Positions 1 through 12,562 of a DNA stretch of 64,000 bases are shown in pieces. Under the pieces are notes generated by a model, which did not search any database, was not told the origin of the DNA, and saw only the letters and a program-made list of their open reading frames with translations. This DNA comes from Mytilus trossulus (lineage: Eukaryota), in NCBI RefSeq assembly GCF_036588685.1, contig NC_086379.1, positions 7,192,001 through 7,256,000 of the forward strand. Reading direction: 5' to 3'. Every line of letters begins with the position of its first letter. Within the stretch, counting starts at the first letter, position 1. A program made the translations under genes and the position numbers.

Positions 1-777
1 AAGAGTTCCAAATGGTGAAGTTGAAATCATCTTTTTTAAAATTTTACGCACGCCATCACGAGTTGGTTGCCCGTTAAGGAATAACCGTTTAACAGATGAT
101 ATAGGATATGTTCCTTACGTCGTAACTACAATTCCCTTTCCTTTCATGAATGTGACCGACCGCATTAGACTATTTACCGGATTTGTTATTACATGAGCAA
201 CATGACGAGTGCCACATGTTGATCAGGATCTGCCTACCCTTTTGGAACATCTGAGATCACCCCAGTTTTTGGTTGGATTCGTATTGCTTATTCTTTAGTT
301 TTCTATGTTGTGTCATGTATACTATTGTTTGTCTATTTGTTATTTTTCCTTTTTAGCCATGGCGTTGTCAGTGTATTTTCGATTGATGAGTTTTACGGTC
401 CCTGTTGTATCTTTCGTCCCTCTTTTAGTACATATGTCTCTGAAACTGCATGCATAATGAAAATCAAGAGCCGAATATTTGGCCTTTTTTTTTAGTATTG
501 ACGAGTCTTGTAGCTGCGAATGACTCAAAAGTAATAATAATCAAAAATTGGCAATAACCCGAATGCTTTTTTTACCGGAGTTCAATTCGGATGATGAAAA
601 TTGGAAGGTAATTAGGAAAGACGTCTAGATGATATGCAGTTGATGTAAATGCTGGAAAGAGATTATCTTATCATGTATTTTAATTGTTCTCTCAATGAGT
701 CACTTGGAAATACAAATGTAGCCGTGTTTTTAAGGAAAATGTAAAATTGAATCCTTATTGTTGTAGGTAATTATATC

Positions 778-3645
778 ACTGTGTCTAAACCACATCGACA
801 AGAATGTGTTGACTCGATGGTATCAAACATCCGGCACGGTGTCGGAACGTTATTGGACAGAGAAAATGTTGATATCGTTTATTTATTTGTTATTTTTATG
901 ATATCGAAGAATGTGTACACATACATAACTATCTTCTATTGTAAGTTGTAATATTTTCTACAACCGTTCTATATAAACGGAGAAATAAGTAATAATGCAT
1001 GTCAACATGACGAATTAGTGAACCTTGCCTCGCATTTGTTAAATATCTCGTTAAATTGTACACACTGTACGGGGAGACAGGAATGAAAAGAAAGATATTG
1101 ACACGGAAATTACAAAACTAGCCACTTTGAGCACCTCAAAACTTGTATTTTTGTGTATGGAATGAAAGAAATCGGTCAATTTAAAATGAAAGAGGCTGGT
1201 TTGGTCAATGTTAACAATCCGTTTTTTTTTCTAGATTTCTCAAGGTAGAACCCGGTTTTGGCTAAGAAATAAAACGCACAATTGCATAACATAATTGAAC
1301 TTCGGCGTTTTATGGATCTTTTGAAAATGATGTCTTTCAGAGGACAACTTATTATTTATTTAAATCTGTAAACACTTGAATTCCTACTTTATTGAAACTA
1401 ATTTTTATTTTTATTTTTTGGCTTTCATAAAAAAACATCTTTACTCGGAAATTTATAGAAATGAAGGTTATCACGTAAATTGAGATTTTTAAAAGTTCTC
1501 TATACGTTTTTTTATATGCACATTGTAAATATAAGTGATACTTGAACTACAGTTAACGGTCATAATAATTGAACACGCACATTTGATATGTAAATTTCTT
1601 GCACAACAGAATGGTTATCTTTAAAAGTAATTAAATTTTACCAGGCAAACGTACGACAAATTCGCGCAAGCGTAACTCCCCGCTACCAAGTGGTGTAATC
1701 TTTTTAATGTTCGATTAAACTAGATCTTCTTAAAGCTAAGTGTTTATTATAAAACATGATAAGAAGACAAATGTTTTGAGACGATTTTTAGCTTTTCAAA
1801 AAAAAGAATTAAAACAAGATTTTTTTAGGGACTTCCCAGGTGGGGGTGCGGGGCGGACGACCTATATACCGCTTGGATTCCTCACAAATGTGATATACTA
1901 GTAACTAAATTGTGTACCAACTTCAGGTGCGATTAAACCCCGTTTGCATCTCTTACATTGTCCTACTAGTATTTTTAACTTCTAAACATATACATTTTAA
2001 CTTATTGTCTTCATTTTCTTCAAAAATAAAAAAATAAATCGTCTGTTTATTTATCATACTACATCAGACATTTATGGCATATACAGTGAACATGATAGTT
2101 TAGGATCCGCACTTTGCATACACTGATAAGTAAAGGTAAATTATTGTATAGATTGTAGTCTGATTTTGAGGACTTTTGATGTATTTTATTTACTGTAGAA
2201 TATTATGAATATTTTATACGCAAACTCAATCTATGTAATGAATATGAATGTATAACTTATGTATGGAAAAAATATAAAATAGATTTTTTTTTATAATAGA
2301 GTCCAGCGTTTTTCCCTTGACATTGGATCATTTTAAACACAGGGCCCCTTGTGTATTCTTCCCTGGGTTATACAAGATAAATTATATTCAGGTGATTTTC
2401 AATAAATGTATTTCAAGTCTAGAAAAAAAGAAACAAAAAGAAACAAAACAAACCCTCATCCTGTGAGTAAAATGGTTGTTCCTTAATGGTTGATATCCAT
2501 GATCAAGGTTAACATTTCGTGTTCAATAAAAATAAGTATTTGTGGTATAATTGGCATGGAGACAACTCTCCACGACAGACCAAATAACACATAAATCTAC
2601 AGCTACAGGTCACTATACGGCCTTCAACAATGAGCAAAACTAATACCGCATATTGAGCCGTAAAAGGCCCTGAAATCATAAATGTAAAACAATTCAAACG
2701 AGAAAAACAACTTTGTAACACAAGTCATTATCTCTTATACCATAAGTAATAGGTCAACTATATTTGCTCATTTGACTATCATATGACCTAGAACCTATCT
2801 TATTATTTAATTGGTAAATGTTAAGTTTTTATTTTATTTTTATATTTTGGTTGGTTTTAATAATTGTAATGTGTTCATGTCTGTCTAGCAGGTTTCATTA
2901 GACTTTGACTTGTTATGGTTCCATGAACAATGTTAAGTTCTTGTGATACTTTTACTAAATTATTTATCAGTCTTACAGATCTTAAAAATAGATTCAAAAT
3001 AACGAACATTCAAGCAGTCGCTCCATGTCAGTGCGAACACTCTTGTATAAATAATACATTGCAACTATATAGTATTTGTTTTGTCGAAAACACGCAATTG
3101 AACTTGTTTCACAATAACAGTCATATTTATCTTGAATTTCATTCGATGGACAATGTTATTAAGATCCGTGTTAGTGTTGTTTTTCAAAACAAAACCGGGT
3201 GATTGTGTAGTAAACAACATTGACCAAACCGGCCTCTTCCATTTTGATATGACCCATTTCCTCCATTCCATGCAGAGGAATACAAGTATTGAGGTGTTCA
3301 AAGTGGCTATTTTTGTAATCTCCGTGTCAATATATTTCTTTTCATACCTTTCTTCCTATATAATGTGAACAATTGAACGGGACATAAAACAAATTCTAAG
3401 CAAGGTTCACTCAATTCGTCATGTTGACATGCATTATTATTTATTTCTCCGTTTATATAGAACGGTTGTAGAAAATATTTCACCTCACAAAAGAAAATAG
3501 TCATGTATGTATACACATTCTTCGATATCATAAAAATAACAAATAAATAAACAGAAATCAACCTTTTCTCTGTCCAATAACGTTCCGTCGCAGTGCTGAA
3601 TATTATATACCAACAAGTTTTGCCGCTGTGGTTTAGACACAATGT
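778..3645. repeat. Diverged ~440-bp inverted repeat pair (~778-1215 and ~3215-3645)
   Basis: Collinear reverse-complement similarity, e.g. GGAACGTTATTGGACAGAGAAAA and CAACCGTTCTATATAAACGGAGAAATAA. Confidence 0.85.
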
Positions 3646-3957
3646 ATATGTTAGGAATAAGACAATTATCTTAAATATTTGTTCCTAATTTCATAACAGG
3701 ACACTAAAGGCTGGGTATCGAAATTATGATTTGATCAACTTATTGTTGGCTATCTAAAAAGGTTCAAAAACTTCTTAAACGCCCATACCCACGAACGTGG
3801 AATATTCAAAAACAATATTGACAACTACTGCTTTTATTAATTATAATTGACAGTCAATTATTTTTAAAGGTGAAAATCAGCCAATTCAAAGTTAGAATAT
3901 TTTCAAATTCAGGAATATATCTCCGCTTGTAAGTCACAGAATCCTTGTTCGGGTTAA

Positions 3958-4227
3958 AGTGGTACCCAACACTTTCACTAAAATTTATTTGGCTCGTTTA
4001 ATTTTCGTAAAACTTTGACAAATATTAACTTTGACCCTTTTACGAAAATATAAAAATTTCAAAAAATTTGAACCAACCATTTTATCAGAAAAACTACACT
4101 GGTTATATAGCAGTTTGACAAAGATCAATTTTGATCACTGAGAAGCTTAATATCCCCTTTACAACACAGCGAAATAAACGTTTATGTGACTTTACAGAGT
4201 TATCTCCCTGTGGTGTTAGGTACCACC
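3958..4227. mobile_element. TTAA-flanked MITE (Kolobok-like termini)
   Basis: TTAA|AGTGGTACCCAACAC ... GTGTTAGGTACCACC|TTAA. Confidence 0.75.
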
Positions 4228-4851
4228 TTAAGGTATTCTTTTTGTTTTGGGCTATAATGTCGTCAACTGTCAAAAAAATATTGAAATTCAAATAGTTTGG
4301 TCTCTAGCATTACTGAAAAATATTAACTACAAAGAACGCATCTGGCTCAGTAAAGTTAGAACTGTTAATGCTTTTATTTGTTAATATCAACAAAAAGGTA
4401 AACATGTAACATTTACACATGAAATAAACAATAAGTAGCTTACAAATGCACTCAAGTACAGCGATAGCAAAATGAATTACCATTTGTTGGTTTTGTTCAT
4501 TTAACGACAGTAATGTCAACTTTCTTTGAACTTTAAAATAAAACCGCTTACAGCTTACAAACTTTGGGAATCATTTCAAAGATAACTATTCCATGTATTC
4601 ACTGTGTTCCAAGTGGTCTACACGCATATTTAGAGTATAAGGTTATAGCTATGTTTTTATGGGTTGGCAAAGTGCATATGTTACCAATTGGAAATCAATA
4701 CCATCAATGAAAATAGCATCATTTAATGAGTTTGAGTGTCCCTTTGGTATCTTTTGTCCCTCTTTTTTTAAAGTCAAAATATATGTTTCCTTTGAATAAT
4801 CTTAATACATTTCCATATTTACAAACACAAAATCTTTTCTAGATACAAAGT

Positions 4852-7800
4852 TTATGCTGCATCATTGTTAATACCTGCAAAGATAAAAAAACATTACAAA
4901 TGAGCGTATTGGTTAAAGGCCCGTTTATCAGTGGAATACGTCACGAAACTTTCAAATTGGGTTCTTTTACGGGCAAGTTAAAATAAATACTATACCGATA
5001 AAGACGGCATTTAATCAAATTTGATTTTAACACGCTCAGCTACAAACACAATATAGAAGAAATAGACACAACTAGTGTTAAACATGGAAGCATATAATCA
5101 AGACTATACTTTTTACAAAACATCGTTTTTTCGCGAAATATTGAAATGGAATCTATCTATACAATTCTATATAGTAATACAACGACACACTATTGGAAAA
5201 AACTAGTACATTACATAATAGTTTTGGCCAAAACACGAAAAGGAATAATGTTATCAAAACATATGTTGAAATATCCAATTGTTTCATGTGAAATTGATTT
5301 TCACCTACTGCGGCATTTATGATGTATTTGTGACATCTTGAATTTGAGTGAATTATGGTTTTTGAAACAATAACTGTATTTTATTTTTCTGTTAAATAGA
5401 AAAAAGAATGGAATCGGATAATGCGTCGAGGAAACAACAACCTAAACGAAAAGCAGAAATTTTACAAGGCTACTAATGGATCTTTAATGCAGCGAGGTAA
5501 TCGCAAAGCCGGAGGATAGGCGCAAAAATGCAGCGGGGTTATACATGTTTTGTGTGATGACAATAAGGGAGACTATATCTAGATTATTGGAAAAATCCTC
5601 CCACCACCTTATATGATACCTTCTAAATCTTTGCTATTATTTATAGATATAAAACCCATATATATGATACATAACTAGTTCATATATATATAGTTACCCT
5701 TTGATCTGTCCTTTGTTTTCAACGCTATATAATCGTCTGACAAAACTGGTTGGTCCAACATTGTCTCTTGAAGTTCACGACTTAAATTTGACATATGAGT
5801 TTCATGCTGTTTGGATCGTTGCAGCGCCATATCAGAAGCGTCTTGCATTTCTCTTTTCATATTTTCAACAAATGCGTTAAATTCCGCAGAAAGAGATTCA
5901 TATAAATTCATGTCTTCCGCTGCATCAAACATTTGATCTGTTAATGCGTCTATTATATTTGCATTTGAGGCTGCCTTTTCAGTAGAAGCTTGTTGAAAAA
6001 GCTCTAACTCGTTTTTATATTGTTCCTGTGCCAAATCAATCGCAGTATATATCGACTCCATCTTTTTCTTTTTATGATGTTCCTGATTTTGAATGTACTG
6101 TTCTAAAATATAAAGATGTGTAGTAAGTTAAAGACATAACAAAATAAGTAATTAAGAACGTTTAAAGACAATCTCCGATTTTTCGGAAATAAATTGAAAA
6201 TAACGTAAAATTTAATTCTATTGAACGTTTAATAAAATGTAACTAAGTTATTTCTACCTAAGTATCATACCTGTCAGACAACAGACGTAACTATAGTAAT
6301 TTTGTTAAACGTTTGCACCCGGTTGACGGAAAAGTATTACCTTAAAACTTGAGATACTGACCTTGAAATATGGCTTGCTGATATAAATATATTTAATAAA
6401 TTACCGTCACGTAAGTTTCAATAAATATCGATGTGATTGGTCCACTCAGAACAACATAACAACACACCTTTACCTTAGAATCGTCAAAACAGTACTCTTC
6501 ATATTTTAAAAGTTAGCAAAAGATTTAAATGATAATTTAATATATTTAGAGTTGTCGCTCTTCCTACTGAATATCAGTTTATACTATAGTAAATGATAAA
6601 GACTAATATAAAACATTAAGACAGGGTATAATTGCCTATGAGACAAATCTCTTCAAGAGACCAAATGACACAAAAAATAACAAATATACGGTCTTCAACA
6701 ATGAGCAAAACATATACCACATAGTGAGTTATTAAGGTGTAATACCACTTAATCCTAAAATAGGTCGAAATAAAATATTTCCTTGAATTAGACATTTTTA
6801 GGTAATTAAATCTCCATTGGATTGCAGTAAAATATTTTTGGGTCATAAACATATATCTTTGGTATTTCAAAGCACCATTATTTTTTGAGGGTTCTAAAGA
6901 ATATTTTGGAATTTGGAGGTTACATGGTTACTAAATCTTGCACACAGGTTAAACAGGTGTGATTAGTTAACTTCTCTAATGATGGTTATTTTCTTACATG
7001 CAATTACATGTTATGTGAAAAATGCATTGAAAGAAATTGTTGAATAACTAGAAAGCATATTAAAAGAACAAAGGCAGCTTTTAAACTTGTTGATAGTCTG
7101 TTTTCAGTATCAATTTTGTAATATTAAGTTTGTTTACAAAGTCAAATGATGTTTATTATTCAAGAAAAATACAGTTGACAGTGACCTACCGAATAATGAA
7201 TCACAATTCATTTTCCTAACAGCTTAGATATCAACTACTAATTTTACCTTTTTCTTCCTGTTTTAAATTGTCCACTTCTAACGTTCCTATCTTGTCCTGA
7301 TGTATGTCTGTTCTTTCGTTCAATGTTCTAATATTTTCATTTGAAGTGTCTGTAATTTCTTTTAGTGTTCCTATCTGTTCTGTATGTACTGTCGTATGTT
7401 CTTCTATCTCCACTATTTGATCCCTGTGTTGATTCGTCTGTTCTACCAAAGTATCGATCTTTCCCTGGTGTTGGTCTGTGAGTTCTTCTAATGTTCCGAT
7501 CATATTTTGATGTTCATCTGTTGTGTCTTCTAAGTTTTCTATCTTTATTTCATGCACATCAACTGAAACTTCTAAATTTTCTATTTTGACTTCATGGTCG
7601 TCAGTTTTAGCATATAAATTCTCAGTCTCGTAACCACTTTTTTCAGTGGCATCTTCTAGTAATTTGATTCTCAAGGTTTGTGAACTGGTACTCTGTTCTA
7701 AAGTCTTAATGTTCTGCTCGTGTTGTTCTGTAACTTTTGCCAATGTCTCTGTCCCACGTTTGAATTTGCTTGCTGTATTCTTTATGTCGTCGTCAAGTGA

Positions 7801-9049
7801 CTGAATACTCATTTTATGTTCGTTCAGTGTAATTTTTAAATCTTGTTCTAAGAAAAGAAAACTAATCGTATTATTTAAATAACGAAAATTAACTTGCAGG
7901 TTGTCGTCATATATTTCCAATGAGTGTTTAATAATTTAAGGGGGAATTGTATCTCAAAATGTACTGCAAACTATAAACAAAATCTTGATAAAGTCATCAC
8001 AAAGCCAAAAGTGAATTAAATTTTACAACAACAAACGGAAGTTTTTAACGACGTTGATTTGCTATACAACACATTGCAAGGTCGATAAATTTTACAAAAA
8101 TGTCGTATTTTATTTTATTTCCCCATAAAAAGCTGATGTATGCATGAACTTAAAATCCAAATGTATTTCAGACTTACCATGACATTCACGTAAAACGAAC
8201 TTATTCATATAATATTTTTTTTTCTAATCTCACTCAATTTTAAGCTTTCACTTTAAAAAAAAAATTAATTGATGTGGCACAAATATTAAGACGATTTAAG
8301 TAGGAATGAAAAGAACGTTTCAGTCACATTTAATTTATTTATTTATTCAATGAAGCATGATCAATGTAAAAAGAGTCGTGGCATCATACAAAGTAAAAAT
8401 TAGGCGTACCTTGTTTTGCGATCATCTGAACTGTATTTTGTACCAGGGAAATTTGTTCTTTAAATGTATTTTCCTCTTTCCTAAGTATTTCAAGATTTTC
8501 CAAATACATCTTTTCTGTTTCTATGTCCATGCAACATGATTCTAAATGCTCAAATGTCGACACAAACTCATTCTTTGCTGTTCCTAGGTATATTTCTAGC
8601 CTTCCGGATATGGATTTGAAGATTGTAAAATAATCCGTTAATTCCTGGTCTGTTACCAATGTATTGCCCCGGTGAAGAACTTCATTACGTTTCCTTCGAA
8701 CACGCTCAATATCGTCGCCAACAGTTAGCTCCAATGGTGTCGGGTCTGCTGGGAAATCCCACCCTTGAGTTGGAGGAGGAACCAAATTTAGATTTCGAAT
8801 TAACTTGTAGCATAATGATATATCTAGATTACTGTAGCCATTTGACTGTACACCAGTAATCTGTTTCCATTCATGTGCTCTTAAATTCCGTGATAAAAAT
8901 TTGTTTGTGCTAACATGACTATGCAACAAGTGAGGTGGCTCTTTAATGGTAAGTAGCTTCTGAAGAACGCTTGGTAGTTCACTTTGTGCTGCACACCCAA
9001 GACGAGCATAATTGGTAAATGACGATGTAGCTGTAGATGCACTAGCCAT
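4852..9049 (-). CDS. DZIP3-type HEPN domain + long coiled-coil protein (~555 aa; coding exons 9049-8410, 7847-7248, 6102-5698, 4874-4852; probable non-coding first exon ending at 11881)
   Basis: Three ORF-track ORFs join through canonical GT-AG junctions, all phase 1, total 1668 nt. The N-terminus (NYARL..., LDISLCYKLIRNL, PPTQGW, GDDIERVRRKRNEVLH) resembles the HEPN_DZIP3 family. The last micro-exon is less certain. Confidence 0.8.
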
Positions 9050-9391
9050 CTCTAAAGTCGTAGTGCTACAGTTGAAATTTACTTAATCTGTCAAAAAAGC
9101 ATAGTACAGTTTGAGAAATCTTATTAACATATTTGTTTATTTATATTCAGAACAACCATAAGTTTGATAAAGAAATAATTGAATAAGTTATATATTTAGT
9201 AATTAAATCAAAGTACAACAACCGCACACACTAAATGTATGAATATCATTCAACAGGAATTTTTAGGTTATACTTTATTTTACTACGTGTTTTTGTAATG
9301 ATGAATATGTTGTTTTGTGCAAAAAAAAACCCACTAAAAACGTTCATATGAAATAACTGACAATATGGTAGTCACTGGAAAGCATGACCAG

Positions 9392-10064
9392 GGGTGGTGT
9401 TCTCGAAGCTATCTTAGGATTAGGACGTGTCCTAAGTCTATCTTATGGCAAGTCTTTGTCCTAAGTCGAGTTCTCGAAGCTCTCTTAACTTTTGATATAT
9501 CTCATTTTTCGTCCTAACTTTAGGACACCCAATAAGGTGTCTTAAGAGCATCATATCTTCATCCTAGTGTAATAATGTTTGGATTTCGCTTTTTGCTCAT
9601 TATTTTACGTGAAAATGAACATGAAATGAAACGCACCATCGGTTATTAACTCGTATATAAAGAAATTGTGCATGATTTTAAACTTTGAACTTCGTGTTTC
9701 ACGATATGATTACACAACAAATTTAATTCTCATTTCAAAACAAATTGTTTTCAAGTTTAAATAACAATCTTTTTTTTATATAATAACATTGGTAATTATG
9801 CATTTAATTCTGTACATGTTATTATAAAATTCGTAAACAATTTTGTTAAAATTTTTCGTCATTAATAAATGTTTTATCAAAAAATAACTTTAAAGATTTA
9901 AAATTTCGACTTAGGAAATGTTTAGGACGTCCTAACATAAGATTCGTCTGAGAGAGCATCGAGACACAACTTAAGAGTGTCCTAAGTCGATCCTAAGTCG
10001 ATCCTAAAATCGGACTTATCTATGACTTAGGACGAATCTTAGGATACCTTCGAGAACACCACCC
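9392..10064. mobile_element. PIF/Harbinger-type MITE in the HEPN gene's first intron
   Basis: TIR GGGTGGTGTTCTCGAAG.TATC, CAG target duplication (9389-9391 / 10065-10067), subterminal TTAGGAC repeats. Confidence 0.8.
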
Positions 10065-10135
10065 CAGATCTTTTTCCGTGATTTAGTAAAACGGAGATGC
10101 TATATGATTGCCAATGAAAAAAACTATATATTATC

Positions 10136-10495
10136 TAATAATTACATTAGATGTAAGTTTCATTATAATACGTTATTCTAATTGGCTAACATGTTATTCC
10201 GTAAACAATTGCATCCGACAATAACATTTATCATGCATAATGACACGAGGTCCCACAAAAAAGTGCACAGGTGAATTAAATAAAACTGGATAAAAATCGT
10301 GTTTTCATGATTTTAGCTAAAAAAATGTAATTATATTAAGTATTGAATACTTCTTTTTGAAACTTTATAGGGTTGTAAAAGCGTTGACCGTGCGTACCTT
10401 TTTAGAATGAAGCGTTTCCGCGCTTCATACAAAATGTAATTCGGTCAACGCTTTTACCACCCAATAAATTTACAAAAAGAAGCATTCAATTCTTA
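10136..10495. mobile_element. Non-autonomous element with one-ended palindrome (family A; palindrome-only copy at ~38390-38552)
   Basis: Palindrome ~10336-10495; TAATTACATT/AATGTAATTA inverted pair at ~10139 and ~10324. Confidence 0.65.
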
Positions 10496-12027
10496 AATAA
10501 AGAAATACGGCGAAAACTACGGCAGATTGTAAAATAGATTGAATACAAAACTCGAATGATGTCGTTAGATATGAAATAGTCAAAAACATTCTTCGGTTTT
10601 CAAAGTGTATTCAGACCTGAAATAATACACAATGTATGGTTAACTGATGTAATTTACTGCAACATAAGAGTGTTACATATTTAGAGTTAGAGATGAGGAC
10701 GTTTTCTATCTTTTTGATATAACATAAATTAAAGTATAGCACACTACACGGGAAACATATTATTGAGAAAGCTCAGGTGTTTAACATTTTACTTTTGTTT
10801 TCATTTATTGTCTAAAAGAAATGCACTAACAAACAACCGTGTTCTCAGATCATATCTATACATCTTATTGATTTGTTTTGATTCATATTCAAAAGAAGCA
10901 TACATCAATGTATGATCCGTTCATCCTATTTCGACTCTTTAAAATTCAAGAGTTTGTTTTGAATTGAGATAAATTAAAATGTATATGGCCTTCAAAATAC
11001 CATTTCGATCCCTTACATCAGTGAAGAGACATTAGTTATCAAAATCCGGATATGGTGTACAAATCTTTGCACCATGTTTGCGGTATACCATCTTCTCCGC
11101 AAATTGAAATTAAAATCGTCAAGCTATCTGTATTAAAAGCTTAATTTTATATTTTACAGTTTACAAGTTAACAAATTAAAAATATTCCGGTAAAAGCTAC
11201 TTCACTATATCCTTCCTTGTAAACTGCTATTGTACATCTGATAACTGAAAAGTGATTACCAGTGTCATATTTGCAACCAATAAGAAAACTATGAATACTT
11301 TTTCATAACATGCCAATACTTTCAAAATTTGTAGTCAAATTAATACTTGACAAAATAAAAATTGGGACACATATTATCACTTTCAAAAATCTAATACTTT
11401 TGATATAAAACATATGATAAAAACTACTATGACATCAATCTGTTTCTGAGTGTATTAATGTTCTTCTATTCATAAACCTACATATGCATCAGAGTATAAA
11501 CAAAAAAAAAATGTTGATGTCTACAGAATTTTTAAGTTAGAATTTCAACAATACTACGATAATATGAACGTTCTTGATAAAGAAATCTAGTAGGTTTTTA
11601 AGTGATGTTTATATAATTACCATGTCTACATTATAAATGTATTTATATTTAATATCATTACACATATCATGTAGAATGACTCATAGGAAATGTTAACAAG
11701 TTTCATGTGTGTGGTTACAAAAGATCAATGTTTACCTGTACAAAAGTCAGCGTGCTTACAGAACATTGACCCTGTACTATCTTATGTCAGACTAGAAATT
11801 CTTTGATATTTTAGAATAAATCATGATGCTTTCTAAAAACTTATCATAAATAAAACAATTGAAATATTTCCCAAACTCACCAGTAGAGACACCTAAATTA
11901 GATAAGACTGAACCTTCTGCTCATCATCAATACACGTGACATTCATTAATCATATCCGATCATCTCAACTTTCACGTGAACTTGTACTGATCAAGGTAAA
12001 TAGGTCAACGATTACACAGGTAAAATA

Positions 12028-12172
12028 GCTACGGATGTTTTACGTCCGTAAACAATCCATAATACGTCCGTTGCTTTTCATCCGTAAAACGTCTGTTAAA
12101 CGTCCGTAATACGGACGTTTAGTACCACGACCATAATACGGATGTTTTGTACCACGGACGTATAACGTCTAT
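12028..12172. repeat. Cluster of ACGTCCGT/ACGGACGT motifs in both orientations
   Basis: About eight variants within 145 bp. Confidence 0.7.
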
Positions 12173-12198
12173 TATTATTATGCATTATAATATATTAT

Positions 12199-12340
12199 GG
12201 TATTATTGCGTAACAATTTTCATATTGGCTTAGTTATAGGTCCGAGGGTACCATATTGGCCTGAGGCGAAGCCGAATGCCAATATGGCTGCCCGAGGACC
12301 TATAACTAAGCCAATATGAAAATTGTTACGCAATGATACC
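12199..12340. repeat. Long terminal palindrome (~62-bp arms) with central GGCGAAGCC mini-hairpin
   Basis: Arms 12199-12260 and 12278-12340 are near-perfect reverse complements. Confidence 0.95.
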
Positions 12341-12562
12341 TTTATTAATTAACCAGTCCAATATGAACTCTAGCCGGGCCAATATGAAGATTGAAAAAAG
12401 TGTGAAAATCTGACATTCAGGACTTCAATAGTAGTGATTTGAATATGTATCAATGAAAATTGAGGATTTTAATCAAAACAATAAAATAGTAACAATTTTA
12501 TTAAATAATCAACAGTAAATAAACACAACAAGTAAAAAACATGTTTTTATCTAGTTTTCAGA

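Noticed and set aside
1925-1970. Helitron-like 3' end (hairpin + CTAG)
   Set aside because: Weak hairpin and no identifiable 5' end.
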